Position numbers and translations under genes: made by a program. 52,282 nt of DNA from a virus (taxonomy: Duplodnaviria > Caudoviricetes). Where the stretch lies: IMG/VR virus record IMGVR_UViG_3300022857_000007, positions 1-52,282 of that record, one strand, 5' to 3'. The notes beneath the pieces were generated by a model. It was not told where the DNA came from. It ran no database searches and saw only the letters and a program-made list of their open reading frames with translations. Positions 27,969 through 37,346 of the stretch are shown piece by piece; within the stretch, counting starts at the first letter, position 1, and every line of letters begins with the position of its first letter.

Positions 27969-30590
27969 CTAAACCGTGATTAACTGATCACTTTCTTTAA
28001 TCTCATCAACTCTCACTTCTAACCTTTCACCTTCTCTTATGACTGGAACTATGTGGTTTCCTGTCAACTGAATAATAGCGCCATCTTCTGTTTCTATTTC
28101 AAAAACATCTTCACCCTCATTTAATTCTCTTTCGTGTATTTGAACTAACTTTCCTTTCCCAGTTTCTGTTTCGACATCATCATCAAGAGTGAGTTCTGTT
28201 ATGTTTTTAAATTCTCCACCCTTTAATAAGACGTTACACTTATCTGTCATACACATTCTTGTTGGATTCAAAAAACGCTCAAAATAAAGACCATATTTTA
28301 GAGGGTCAATTTTAGTAATATCCAAAGCATATGCTAATAAACTTCCTCCACCTGAATTATGAACAGCTAGACCTTCAATATTATATGTTTCACTACCCTC
28401 TACTTTAAGGTCATAAACTTTTCCTTTGTAGCTTTTATATGTTTTATTGGCTATTTTCTCAGAACCAATCTTAACATCGACAACATCGTCTTCTTCAGTA
28501 AGCTTGTCAGCTTCAACCCACCCTCTATTAGAGGTTAGTATTTCATGGTCTTTTGTGCATTCTATAACTCTTCCATCTTCAAACTCTAACACTACAATTT
28601 CTTCATCAATATTGTATTCAAAAACATCCAACACCTCCTTAACGTCACCGTAAGCATCTATAACGAAGTCTCCAATATCAATAGTTTCTATAGGAGCTTT
28701 CATTTCATCTCCCATAATAACTTTAGAGTTAGGTAAGAAACAGCCTCTAGCAGCACCGATCTCATGACCTGTTGACCTATAATATCGAATCAATTCCCAG
28801 TTAACCAAAAAGTAATCTAACATCTTTTTGTCTTTGATTACCTTTAACTCAAAAGTTAATCTATCATGGTATTTTTTAACAACCTCATCTGTTAAAGGGA
28901 CATTAATCCTCTTAGCTCTTTCTTTAAGTTTCTTATTAAGCTTACCAAAAGATAGTTTGTAGATTATCTTTTCTGAATCATCAGTTCCAAAAAAATCAAT
29001 AATATCCTGAGTAGCTTCATATCTTGGGTACTTCTCAACACCGACTTCAAAGTCAAACTTACACTTCCTCCCTAAAGAAAGAGTGTTATCCATGAAGCCC
29101 ATTAAAACATCTTCTGGGTAATTGTACCCAAATTTTCTATTTAACTTCAAATAATCTCTCCTTGTTGGATAATGAAGAACTCTTCTTTCAAAAAGCCTAG
29201 CCTGAGAACGAGGAGCTTTTTGACCAATAGCTAAAATAGTGTCTTGAAGATCGTTGTCTTCTGGGTGAACATAATGGACATCGTTGTCTACAATTATATC
29301 AACTCCATATTTGATTGCTAATTTTATTAAAAAATTATTCAATCTTTTTTGAATCAATAGTTCATTTAATTTTATCTCTACATAAAAATCTTCTCCAAAT
29401 TGAGAATGAAGTAGTTTGAAATAAATCTCCGCCTCCTTCTTATGACCTTTTTGCATTAAATTACTAATAAACCCTTTATGACAACCAGACGTAACTATAA
29501 GACCTTCCTTATTCTCTAAAAGCCACTCAGTCTTTATCCTTCCATAAGGATAGCGAAACCCTTCAGTATTTGCTTTGTAAAGAAGCTTGTTTAGGTTTAC
29601 GTACCCTTTTTGATTCTTTATAAAAAACTTTAAAGGGTAATCAGAACCCTCGTCAGCTTGACCTCCTTCTTCACCGTCTGCAAACTTTCCAATGTTTTCA
29701 TTTAAAAAAAGTTCCATTCCCAAAATAGGATGGATTTTAGCTTTTTTACATTTATCCCAAAAATCCAAAGTCCCTGACATTGTATTGAAATCAGTAATAC
29801 CAATAGCAGGGTGATTGTGTTTTTTTGCTATCTCAATATAATCAGTTGCAGTGGCAGCGCCTCTTAATAAAGAATGGTCAGTATGGACTCCCAAACACAC
29901 AACAGGCTTGTCTAGTTCTTTGTCTGAAAGATTACCCCCGTAGTCATATGTTGCACCTTCTCTTGGAACAAACCCAAGACCTTCTATTTTTTGAGGAATA
30001 TCCTTATAATCATAATGCCCGATTTCTTGAAGCTTAAAGAAACATTTAGCTAGAGCTAAAACATCGACTATCGCATCATGAGCATCTTCGAAACCAACTT
30101 TAAATAACGTTGTATGTAATTCTGTAAGAGTAGGCCATTTGAAGTTGAACCCTTTACCTCTACTTGGGATTTTACAAAAGTCCACAGTCGTGTCTTTTGT
30201 GTCCACATGCTCTATGGAATATAAATCTTTATGGTCTTTTTTTAATCTAACATATTCAGCACCCATTATCTTTTGATCAAAAGATATGTTATGAGCGATA
30301 AGATAATGGTTTCTCTCTAATGCTTTATTGAATTTCTCTACAACCTCAAGCAATGGAAGCCCTTCTAAATTTGCTCTTTCATTTGTTATTCTATGAATAT
30401 TTATAGCATCTTGAGGTATGATGAAACCATTAGGCTTTACAATAAAATCACCTCTATTCGTTTCTTTTCCATCTACATCATACTCTACCCAAGCAAGCTG
30501 CACAAGTCTCGGCCAATTATCTGAATCAGTAATTGGGGCTTTATAGTTTTGAGGAAGACCAGTTGTTTCTGTATCGAATATTAAGTACAT
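27969..30590 (-). CDS. dnaE: DNA polymerase III alpha, N-terminal half: DEDDh exonuclease + PHP + palm start, cis mini-intein and IntN
   Basis: IFDTETTG, IAHNISFD, AHDAIVD (DnaQ-like); HTDHSLL, GITD, DNDVHY (PHP); LTFELKVI...DYFL, ARG/SGGGSL, LYFERFLNP; likely start ATG 30590. Confidence 0.95.
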   Translation of the reverse strand: MYLIFDTETTGLPQNYKAPITDSDNWPRLVQLAWVEYDVDGKETNRGDFIVKPNGFIIPQDAINIHRITNERANLEGLPLLEVVEKFNKALERNHYLIAHNISFDQKIMGAEYVRLKKDHKDLYSIEHVDTKDTTVDFCKIPSRGKGFNFKWPTLTELHTTLFKVGFEDAHDAIVDVLALAKCFFKLQEIGHYDYKDIPQKIEGLGFVPREGATYDYGGNLSDKELDKPVVCLGVHTDHSLLRGAATATDYIEIAKKHNHPAIGITDFNTMSGTLDFWDKCKKAKIHPILGMELFLNENIGKFADGEEGGQADEGSDYPLKFFIKNQKGYVNLNKLLYKANTEGFRYPYGRIKTEWLLENKEGLIVTSGCHKGFISNLMQKGHKKEAEIYFKLLHSQFGEDFYVEIKLNELLIQKRLNNFLIKLAIKYGVDIIVDNDVHYVHPEDNDLQDTILAIGQKAPRSQARLFERRVLHYPTRRDYLKLNRKFGYNYPEDVLMGFMDNTLSLGRKCKFDFEVGVEKYPRYEATQDIIDFFGTDDSEKIIYKLSFGKLNKKLKERAKRINVPLTDEVVKKYHDRLTFELKVIKDKKMLDYFLVNWELIRYYRSTGHEIGAARGCFLPNSKVIMGDEMKAPIETIDIGDFVIDAYGDVKEVLDVFEYNIDEEIVVLEFEDGRVIECTKDHEILTSNRGWVEADKLTEEDDVVDVKIGSEKIANKTYKSYKGKVYDLKVEGSETYNIEGLAVHNSGGGSLLAYALDITKIDPLKYGLYFERFLNPTRMCMTDKCNVLLKGGEFKNITELTLDDDVETETGKGKLVQIHERELNEGEDVFEIETEDGAIIQLTGNHIVPVIREGERLEVRVDEIKESDQLITV
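27972..28253 (-). mobile_element. Split intein N-fragment (IntN, 94 aa)
   Basis: Starts CMTDKCNV after FLNPTRM, block B LTGNH, ends at the stop codon with no blocks F/G. Confidence 0.92.
28356..28742 (-). mobile_element. Cis mini-intein (129 aa) in DnaE-N at ARG|SGGGS
   Basis: Starts CFLPNS, CTKDH, KVYDLKV, ends AVHN followed by Ser. Confidence 0.93.
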
Positions 30591-30608
30591 GCTTGTATTG
30601 TATTTATA

Positions 30609-30616
30609 CAAATGTA
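30609..30616 (-). promoter_or_regulatory. Bacteroidota-type -7 promoter element for dnaE operon
   Basis: TACATTTG on the minus strand about 19 nt upstream of ATG 30590. Confidence 0.55.
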
Positions 30617-30625
30617 CGAAAAATA

Positions 30626-30907
30626 TCAGTCTTTATCGTAATCGTAATTGTTCTTCATGAGGTTTTCTTCCTTTCTTTCTTTAGCAAACTCTTTTTCCTG
30701 CTCTAGAATAAAATTTTGAATTTCATGAAGTTCTTTTTTAGCAAACCTAGTTAACCTCCTAGCTCTTTCTCCAGCAGAAATGTTTTTCTTATAAGAAACA
30801 AAGTCAATCAGAAACTTATCCATCATATCTAACTGGTCTTTCAAATCAATCCATCTCTCAATTAAGTCAAATTTATCATGTTTACTTTTTATTCTTTTTT
30901 CATTCAT
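30626..30907 (-). CDS. Possible Hc1/histone H1-like small DNA-binding protein
   Basis: KKNISAGERARR..R..KKEL resembles the GNKAAGTRARK motif of Hc1-family proteins. Confidence 0.5.
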   Translation of the reverse strand: MNEKRIKSKHDKFDLIERWIDLKDQLDMMDKFLIDFVSYKKNISAGERARRLTRFAKKELHEIQNFILEQEKEFAKERKEENLMKNNYDYDKD

Positions 30908-33900
30908 CTACATTAATTTCTTCAACATCACCTTCTTCCTCTTCATTAGATAGTTCTTCAATTTCATTGATAAGCATTTGTGACTTTTTCACTAAAATAT
31001 CATGTTTAGTCAATAAAGGATTTTTACCCTGATCGTAAGCGTTCATTATCTCATTCACATCCGACACATCAACCCTTCTTTCTAAAGAGTCTAAAAGTTT
31101 TTTTGCATCTCCAAAAGTCTTTTGCTGACTATCAAACTGGTCTTGAAATTCATCTTCAACAGTTTCTGTTATAATTTCTTCTTCATCGACACCTAACAAC
31201 TCATTCAACAAAGAATCTGTCCTATTATTAGCAAGCCTCTGATTTCTTCGCATCTTTCTTATTTCTGAAATTTCATCAGGAGTATCGTCTGGAAGTTCTT
31301 CTCCAGCAGGCAAATCAACTCCATCCCCTAAATCTTCTCCACCTGCATCACCAAGACCTAAATCTTCAGCTCCGCCAAAACCTCCACCAAGACTACTTCC
31401 GCCCCCGCCTCCGCCTGAGAAATCATCACCTTCACCGCCTTCAGCGCCTTCAGCTCCTCCTGAAATAATCTCATCAGCATTTGGAAGTTCGTAAATAGCA
31501 TCAATATCAGTAAACAAACCAATCTTCTTATATGTCTCAACTGCTGCATCGATTTCAGCAAATAATCTCTTCTCAATTTTCTTCTGTTTAAGCAAGAGCT
31601 TAATATCTGACTTAGAAAACCCTAAAAGATTCTCCATTGCCCAAGTATAAGATACTGGAGAAGTTGCATCAGGAGTGAAATACTCCTTAAACACTTCTAC
31701 ACGAGCTTTCATTGTTTCTAATTTTAGAAGCTCTTGCTGAGAGGAAGGGTTGTTTAATTTTAAATCAAAGTCCTCTAAATCTTCTTCCGAAAAACCGAGG
31801 AAATGCAAATGTATAGAAGCAATTCTTCGAAGCTCCATTAAGAACGCTTCTTGAATTGAGTTTACTGTTCTTGCAAACCTTAAATCGGCTTGAGAAAGCG
31901 TAGACCCTCCGGGTAGGTTCTCGGTATAGTTTAAATAAGTTTTTGGGACTTTTAAAGAAGCGAAAAGTTTCTTTTCTAGATACTCAATATCTTGAATTTC
32001 TCCTAGATTTGAAGCTCCGGGAAGAGTTTCAATTTTCGACATCTTTTGATCCCTAATCGGGATAAAGTAATCCTCCGTTACATTTAACGGATCATATCTA
32101 TAGTTCGTGTTTCCGTTGTTCTGATTCACCATTGGTTGTTTCTTCAGTTGATTCTGAAGCCCCATCATAAATTGTTCAACATCTTGCTCTTCTAAATTCC
32201 CTACCTCAATATAGAACACCCTTCTTTCTGGCGCTCTAACCAAACGATACACTAGCATTGCATCCTCAGCCAACTGTAATTGCTTCCAAAGCTTTCTCGC
32301 TGAATCTAATATAGACCTACCATAAGGAAGTCTTTTTGAGTCTTCTAAAAGTCTAAAGTGAGCTACTTGCCAGAACTCAAAATCCATACCCATTGTTTCC
32401 CATCTAAATTTTTCAGACTGAGACTCCTCTCCTGAGAGAGGTGGTATTCTACTAATTTCTTCTCCACTTAAAACTTTAAAATCATATATACCATCTCCTT
32501 TTGCAATATGAAGGTGCATGTAAAAATCACCAAATTTCATCAAATCTCTAAGAATCATTCTTGCGTTGTAGTTCATGTTTAATCTCTTATTAAACAGATC
32601 TTCTAGTGCAGTTTGAATTCTACCATTTTGAGAATAAATCTGAAGTATCTTTCCGTTCTCTCCACGAGTTAAACAATTATGCGAAACAATTCCTGTTCCA
32701 TTAGAAGTGTTTACAACAAAATTGTTGTAATTCCCTGAATTTACAAGATCATAAGTTTTCTTCTTTCCAATAAACTCAACAGAAACTACTGAATGGTTTG
32801 CTGCTTTAGCAAAACCTTTCATATTTTTGTAGTCTGTTGATTTAAGTATGGTTTCAATTTGTCTATAATTAAACCCATCTTCTCTACATATTTTAGAAAA
32901 GTTAACAGACCCTTCGCTTGAAATCAAACTTCTTTTAAGTCTATTTAATATTTGACTCTTAGACTTAAATGGCTTAACTGTTTTTGACCAATTTGTCCCA
33001 TTAGAACGAAGAAAAGAATCCAGCTTTTTGTAACTCCAACCCATCTCTTCACAAATGCAGCCCATAGATTTTTCTAAAATCATAAAAGGGGCTTGTTTTT
33101 TACACACAGCAGAAATGCTTTCGAAACTAATATTTTGTACAATGAAATCTATATCTTCAATTCTATTAATACCTAAAGATTTATAAGCCTCTGATTTTCT
33201 TAAAACATAAGCATTAGTCCCTAGGTCGATAGCTATTTTGTTTATATTCTTAAATTTAAGATAACTATCAATAATATCCTGTGAAGTAAAATCTCTATTT
33301 AAATCATTTCTATATCTACCATTTTTATCACCAGATAATAATTCGCCTTTTCCGAACATTCCATTTTCTTCTCCTGATCTAGAGAAGTTTTCTAACAACT
33401 GCTCTTTAGTCCAAGAAGAATATTTAGCTTTTCTGTTTTTAGACATCTGTTCTTGCCTATTAGCTCTCCATTCTGGGTCACTCCAGTACTTTCCGTCAGC
33501 TGAATTAGTTTCAGAAAAAACTTTTCTCATTTTATCACTATATTCCTTATCATTTTTCCAACGATAAGAATTTAAAGAAGCATGAAGGTTTTGGTGATCA
33601 AACCAACCCATAACTTGAAGATTGGAAGGATCATTGTTAAGTTTGTCAAAATTCTTGTGATGAACAACACCTTTCTGTTCATTCCACAAAGTTTTTTTAA
33701 CAACACGATGAGTGTAAACCCATTTTCCGTTTTCTAATATCATCTCATAACCGTTAATCCTATCTTGATCGCTAGATGTCTTACAGTACATAGAAGCAAC
33801 GCTATGACCTTCTTTTAAGTCAATTGTTTTTGTGTATTTTTCATCTCTACGATTTAACCATAAATGCTCACTAGTTGCCTCTACAAAAGAATCATCATCG

Positions 33901-34433
33901 AAAGTTACTTTATAAACATCCTGTTCTCCTTTATAAACAACTCTGTCACAAATAGAAGCTTCAAATTCTTTTGTTTCAGGATTACATCCGTAAACATAAA
34001 AATTTGATTCTTTTCTTTTATAAAGCTCCTCAATAGTCACCTTCTCACCTGAAAGGAGAGGTATTACTGTATCAGCAGCTAAACACTCATCCCTTAATAT
34101 ATCTAATGCCGCTGCAATTTCGGGAGACATATCCATAGCTCTGAAATCTTGGTAAGAAGCAATTCTATCTGTATCATAATACAACGTTCTTGTATAGATG
34201 TTCTCGTTAATCTTACTTACTTGCCAATCAAGAAATTGCTGTTGAGTGTTTTCAATGTGATCTTTTTGAGTAGCAGGAGGAAGTGTTGATGAAGTTCCAG
34301 TTCCTTGCCCTGATATGTTACTAGGAGTGATTCTATTCCCCCCTCTAAGAGCAGACATTGCACTCTTAAATATACCAACACCCTTATCTCCATTAGGGTT
34401 GTTCGATTGCTCTGTTATAATTTTATCAGCCAT
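30900..34433 (-). CDS. Portal protein (T4 gp20-like) with intein
   Basis: MDMSPEIAAALDI, QVAHFRL, LPYGRSIL, EDAMLVYRLVRAPERRVFYIEVG, EDYFIP, IETLPG. Confidence 0.93.
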   Translation of the reverse strand: MADKIITEQSNNPNGDKGVGIFKSAMSALRGGNRITPSNISGQGTGTSSTLPPATQKDHIENTQQQFLDWQVSKINENIYTRTLYYDTDRIASYQDFRAMDMSPEIAAALDILRDECLAADTVIPLLSGEKVTIEELYKRKESNFYVYGCNPETKEFEASICDRVVYKGEQDVYKVTFDDDSFVEATSEHLWLNRRDEKYTKTIDLKEGHSVASMYCKTSSDQDRINGYEMILENGKWVYTHRVVKKTLWNEQKGVVHHKNFDKLNNDPSNLQVMGWFDHQNLHASLNSYRWKNDKEYSDKMRKVFSETNSADGKYWSDPEWRANRQEQMSKNRKAKYSSWTKEQLLENFSRSGEENGMFGKGELLSGDKNGRYRNDLNRDFTSQDIIDSYLKFKNINKIAIDLGTNAYVLRKSEAYKSLGINRIEDIDFIVQNISFESISAVCKKQAPFMILEKSMGCICEEMGWSYKKLDSFLRSNGTNWSKTVKPFKSKSQILNRLKRSLISSEGSVNFSKICREDGFNYRQIETILKSTDYKNMKGFAKAANHSVVSVEFIGKKKTYDLVNSGNYNNFVVNTSNGTGIVSHNCLTRGENGKILQIYSQNGRIQTALEDLFNKRLNMNYNARMILRDLMKFGDFYMHLHIAKGDGIYDFKVLSGEEISRIPPLSGEESQSEKFRWETMGMDFEFWQVAHFRLLEDSKRLPYGRSILDSARKLWKQLQLAEDAMLVYRLVRAPERRVFYIEVGNLEEQDVEQFMMGLQNQLKKQPMVNQNNGNTNYRYDPLNVTEDYFIPIRDQKMSKIETLPGASNLGEIQDIEYLEKKLFASLKVPKTYLNYTENLPGGSTLSQADLRFARTVNSIQEAFLMELRRIASIHLHFLGFSEEDLEDFDLKLNNPSSQQELLKLETMKARVEVFKEYFTPDATSPVSYTWAMENLLGFSKSDIKLLLKQKKIEKRLFAEIDAAVETYKKIGLFTDIDAIYELPNADEIISGGAEGAEGGEGDDFSGGGGGGSSLGGGFGGAEDLGLGDAGGEDLGDGVDLPAGEELPDDTPDEISEIRKMRRNQRLANNRTDSLLNELLGVDEEEIITETVEDEFQDQFDSQQKTFGDAKKLLDSLERRVDVSDVNEIMNAYDQGKNPLLTKHDILVKKSQMLINEIEELSNEEEEGDVEEINVDE
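32676..34085 (-). mobile_element. Intein (470 aa) with HNH endonuclease in portal
   Basis: RDE|CLAADT...ATSEH...VVHHKNFDKLNNDPSNL...TYDL...VSHN|CLT. Confidence 0.92.
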
Positions 34434-34485
34434 TTTTATCGTCTTGTTTTTCTAATATAATCTTTGTTTTTTGAAAAGTAAACAC

Positions 34486-37299
34486 TTAATCAGTTAACCA
34501 GTTTAAATCATCATCTATTGATTGATCTCTATTTCCTCCTGCAAAAATTATAGGACTTATTCCTTTTCTTTTCTTTTCTGAATTTTCGCCTTCTTTTTTT
34601 CTACTTGCTCTTCTAACTTGCTCTGGAGTGTTATCTCTCATTGGAGATTTTCCATTTAAATTGAAATATTTTAGCATCTGTTTTGCCTGATCTCTAGACT
34701 TAGTTGCATTTTCATACTCTGTATTTCTCATATAAAGAGCAATAGCCCAAGCGAAAATTAAATCATCGTTGAAACCTTTTTCGTGCTGTTCTTTATCTTT
34801 AACTTTGACGAAAGTATCGAACTCAGATAGTAATCTTTTTGAGTTTATAATAACCTGTTTTTCCCTCATAATTTGGATGAGGTTTGCCATCATAAGAGGT
34901 CTTGTTTTTGAGGTCGTCTGGAAACCCGGAACCAACGCTCCGTCCTTATACATCGTTGCCTCTTTATAAGAAGAAGCTTTAACATAAAAGTCCTTATAGT
35001 TTTTGCAAAAGAATTGATTTGTATACTTAAGTTGATTCTTTAATCTAAATGTTGTAGCAGAACCCATCGAGTTAACCTCAATAGCTACAAATGCGTTGTT
35101 ATAAATTTTGGCAACTTTGTATACAATATCAGCTAATTGATCAGGGTCTACTTTAACTTGAAGCTCTCCAACTTGAGTCATAGTTTCTACATTGATTAGT
35201 TCAAGCGTAGAATAATCTCGACCATCTCCCCTAGATACATCTCCTCCGATAATGTAATTATTACCTTCAACTGGTAATTCCCAAATATAAAAAGGAGTTC
35301 TGTCGTGAGTGAAATTTTCAGTTTCTACCTTCCAATCAAAATAACACAAAGGCTCAATCCCTTCGTGCATAATTCTGTCTTTGTATTTTCTTAATATTTT
35401 TGCATCAATTACTAAATGCTTAGATCCTTCAAAAGATAAATCAAGTTCCTGAGCAATAGCAATGGGGTCATTATTTAAACGAGTACACTGATCATCATAC
35501 CAAGGACTCCAAGGATACCTCTCTCCATCGTCATCAATTTTCCACTCAAGATCTTCTGATGCCATTGGGTTTTGAGTCCAATGTATCTCTACTGGGTTAA
35601 AATCATTTTTCCCTGCCTCTGCTTTTGTCCATATATCATGATACAAATTACCTGTACCGTATGGAGTAGAAATTAGTATCGCATCTCCTCTTGTCATCGA
35701 AAGAGCTGTTGATGCTGCTTTCCAAATATCTGAAGCATCCTTAATAAATGCAACCTCATCCAAAACCAATAAAGTTAAGGCTTCACCACGCCCTGCTTGA
35801 GGAGATGCTGCTTTTGCTTCGATTTGACAATTATTATGAAACTGAAGCATTTTTTTGTTTTCAGTTTTATAAATAGAAGTTCCAATTTTTGGCGGCTTTA
35901 AGAAGTCTGGTAGATAATCGATAAACTGTTTACAAGTCTCCAAAAAACGAATAGCGCCTGCACCATCATTTGCAATAACAAGAACTCTTTCATCTTTTCC
36001 AAACATTAATCTCCATGCACAATAACCAGCAGTTATTACCGACAATCCAGTGTTATGTGTTAATAATCCATCAATAAAAAAGTTTTCATTTTTTTCAACT
36101 GAAATATCATAACACATAATTTTGCCAGCATCTTTAACACTTTTTATAACGGAATCATATTTTACATCGTGCTTATAAGAGTTTACAATTCTATTATGAT
36201 TTTCATTTGTTTTATCATATATCCCTATTTCTTCAACAAAAATCTTACATGCTTTAGAGTGAGTTACTCTTAACTTCCAGAATCTATTTTGTTGCATCTT
36301 CATTCCGACAACTTCATAAATATTACAAGCAATATTATAACGCAGTAAAAGCTCTTTCACTTGATACAGATATTCTCTACATGGAGACCCAATTCCAAAC
36401 TCCAATCTTTCAGAGTTCCCAACCTTATGAATACTAACCCACCCATCTCCAGCAAACATCCTATTCAAAAGAAGAGATGTTGATTTTTTGTTCCAACTAA
36501 AAACCTCCTTTGGTAAAACTTTATATTCTGATCTACAATCAACCCCCATTTCTTCACAAATAACTTTAAAAGAATTTTTTGTTTTAGAACCATGAGATTG
36601 ATGAGGAAAAACATCATACCCGTTACCTTTTTGTGTTTTTCTAATCTGAAGTTCAGGGGTTAAATCAGTAACACATTCACAAAATTCTTCAATATATTTA
36701 ATATTATTATTGGTAAATTTTGGCTGACTTATAGCACTACCGTCAGTAATCATATAACCTAAAGCAATAACATAAGAATTTCTTGGAGATACATTTCCAA
36801 AAACAGGGTTTTTAAATAAAACTTTGTCTCCTTTTTTTAACTCTTTGGCCTTCACCCACCCTTTGTCTTCAATAAATAAAGGATGGTTTTTACCTACAGT
36901 TAGGTTTCTTGTGTCCCTTAATTTAAGAGTAACACATTCCCTAATACCACTTTCCCAAGAATCACAAACTTTATCTTTTTCTAATTTTTTAGAACTAAGA
37001 TCATAAGACCAAACTGAATCCCCAATATTAAAGTCTTCTATTGACTTGATTCCTTCAGGAGTGTTAACATAAGTCCCCTCAGGTAAACACTGGCGAGACT
37101 TAAGAGTTATGTTGAAACGGAAATCAATAAAGTCATCTAAGATGTCTTCCTGATACTCAAAACAAGTCATATCAGTTATCAGCTGCTTCTCAGCATTAAA
37201 TACCTTCCCGTATGTGTTTAGAAAATAAACAGGGTCAGAAGCACATTTTAAATACTCTGACCTTTGTTTAAATTTTGGAACTTTTTTTATAATCGACAT
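34486..37299 (-). CDS. Terminase large subunit with intein
   Basis: KSRQ/TGLS Walker A, LLVLDEVAF Walker B, ISTPYG, GGDVSRGDG.D, NDDLIFA. Confidence 0.95.
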   Translation of the reverse strand: MSIIKKVPKFKQRSEYLKCASDPVYFLNTYGKVFNAEKQLITDMTCFEYQEDILDDFIDFRFNITLKSRQCLPEGTYVNTPEGIKSIEDFNIGDSVWSYDLSSKKLEKDKVCDSWESGIRECVTLKLRDTRNLTVGKNHPLFIEDKGWVKAKELKKGDKVLFKNPVFGNVSPRNSYVIALGYMITDGSAISQPKFTNNNIKYIEEFCECVTDLTPELQIRKTQKGNGYDVFPHQSHGSKTKNSFKVICEEMGVDCRSEYKVLPKEVFSWNKKSTSLLLNRMFAGDGWVSIHKVGNSERLEFGIGSPCREYLYQVKELLLRYNIACNIYEVVGMKMQQNRFWKLRVTHSKACKIFVEEIGIYDKTNENHNRIVNSYKHDVKYDSVIKSVKDAGKIMCYDISVEKNENFFIDGLLTHNTGLSVITAGYCAWRLMFGKDERVLVIANDGAGAIRFLETCKQFIDYLPDFLKPPKIGTSIYKTENKKMLQFHNNCQIEAKAASPQAGRGEALTLLVLDEVAFIKDASDIWKAASTALSMTRGDAILISTPYGTGNLYHDIWTKAEAGKNDFNPVEIHWTQNPMASEDLEWKIDDDGERYPWSPWYDDQCTRLNNDPIAIAQELDLSFEGSKHLVIDAKILRKYKDRIMHEGIEPLCYFDWKVETENFTHDRTPFYIWELPVEGNNYIIGGDVSRGDGRDYSTLELINVETMTQVGELQVKVDPDQLADIVYKVAKIYNNAFVAIEVNSMGSATTFRLKNQLKYTNQFFCKNYKDFYVKASSYKEATMYKDGALVPGFQTTSKTRPLMMANLIQIMREKQVIINSKRLLSEFDTFVKVKDKEQHEKGFNDDLIFAWAIALYMRNTEYENATKSRDQAKQMLKYFNLNGKSPMRDNTPEQVRRASRKKEGENSEKKRKGISPIIFAGGNRDQSIDDDLNWLTD
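36052..37089 (-). mobile_element. Intein (346 aa) with LAGLIDADG endonuclease in terminase Walker A
   Basis: KSRQ|CLPEGT...LGYMITDGS...LNRMFAGDG...CYDISV...LTHN|TG. Confidence 0.93.
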
Positions 37300-37346
37300 A
37301 CTTATTATTTGCTATAAATAGTCAGTTTCGATGTTTTACCGCATTT

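Noticed and set aside
27921-27971. dnaE pseudogene or frameshift
   Set aside because: The break is bounded by complete IntN and IntC motifs and all catalytic motifs are intact
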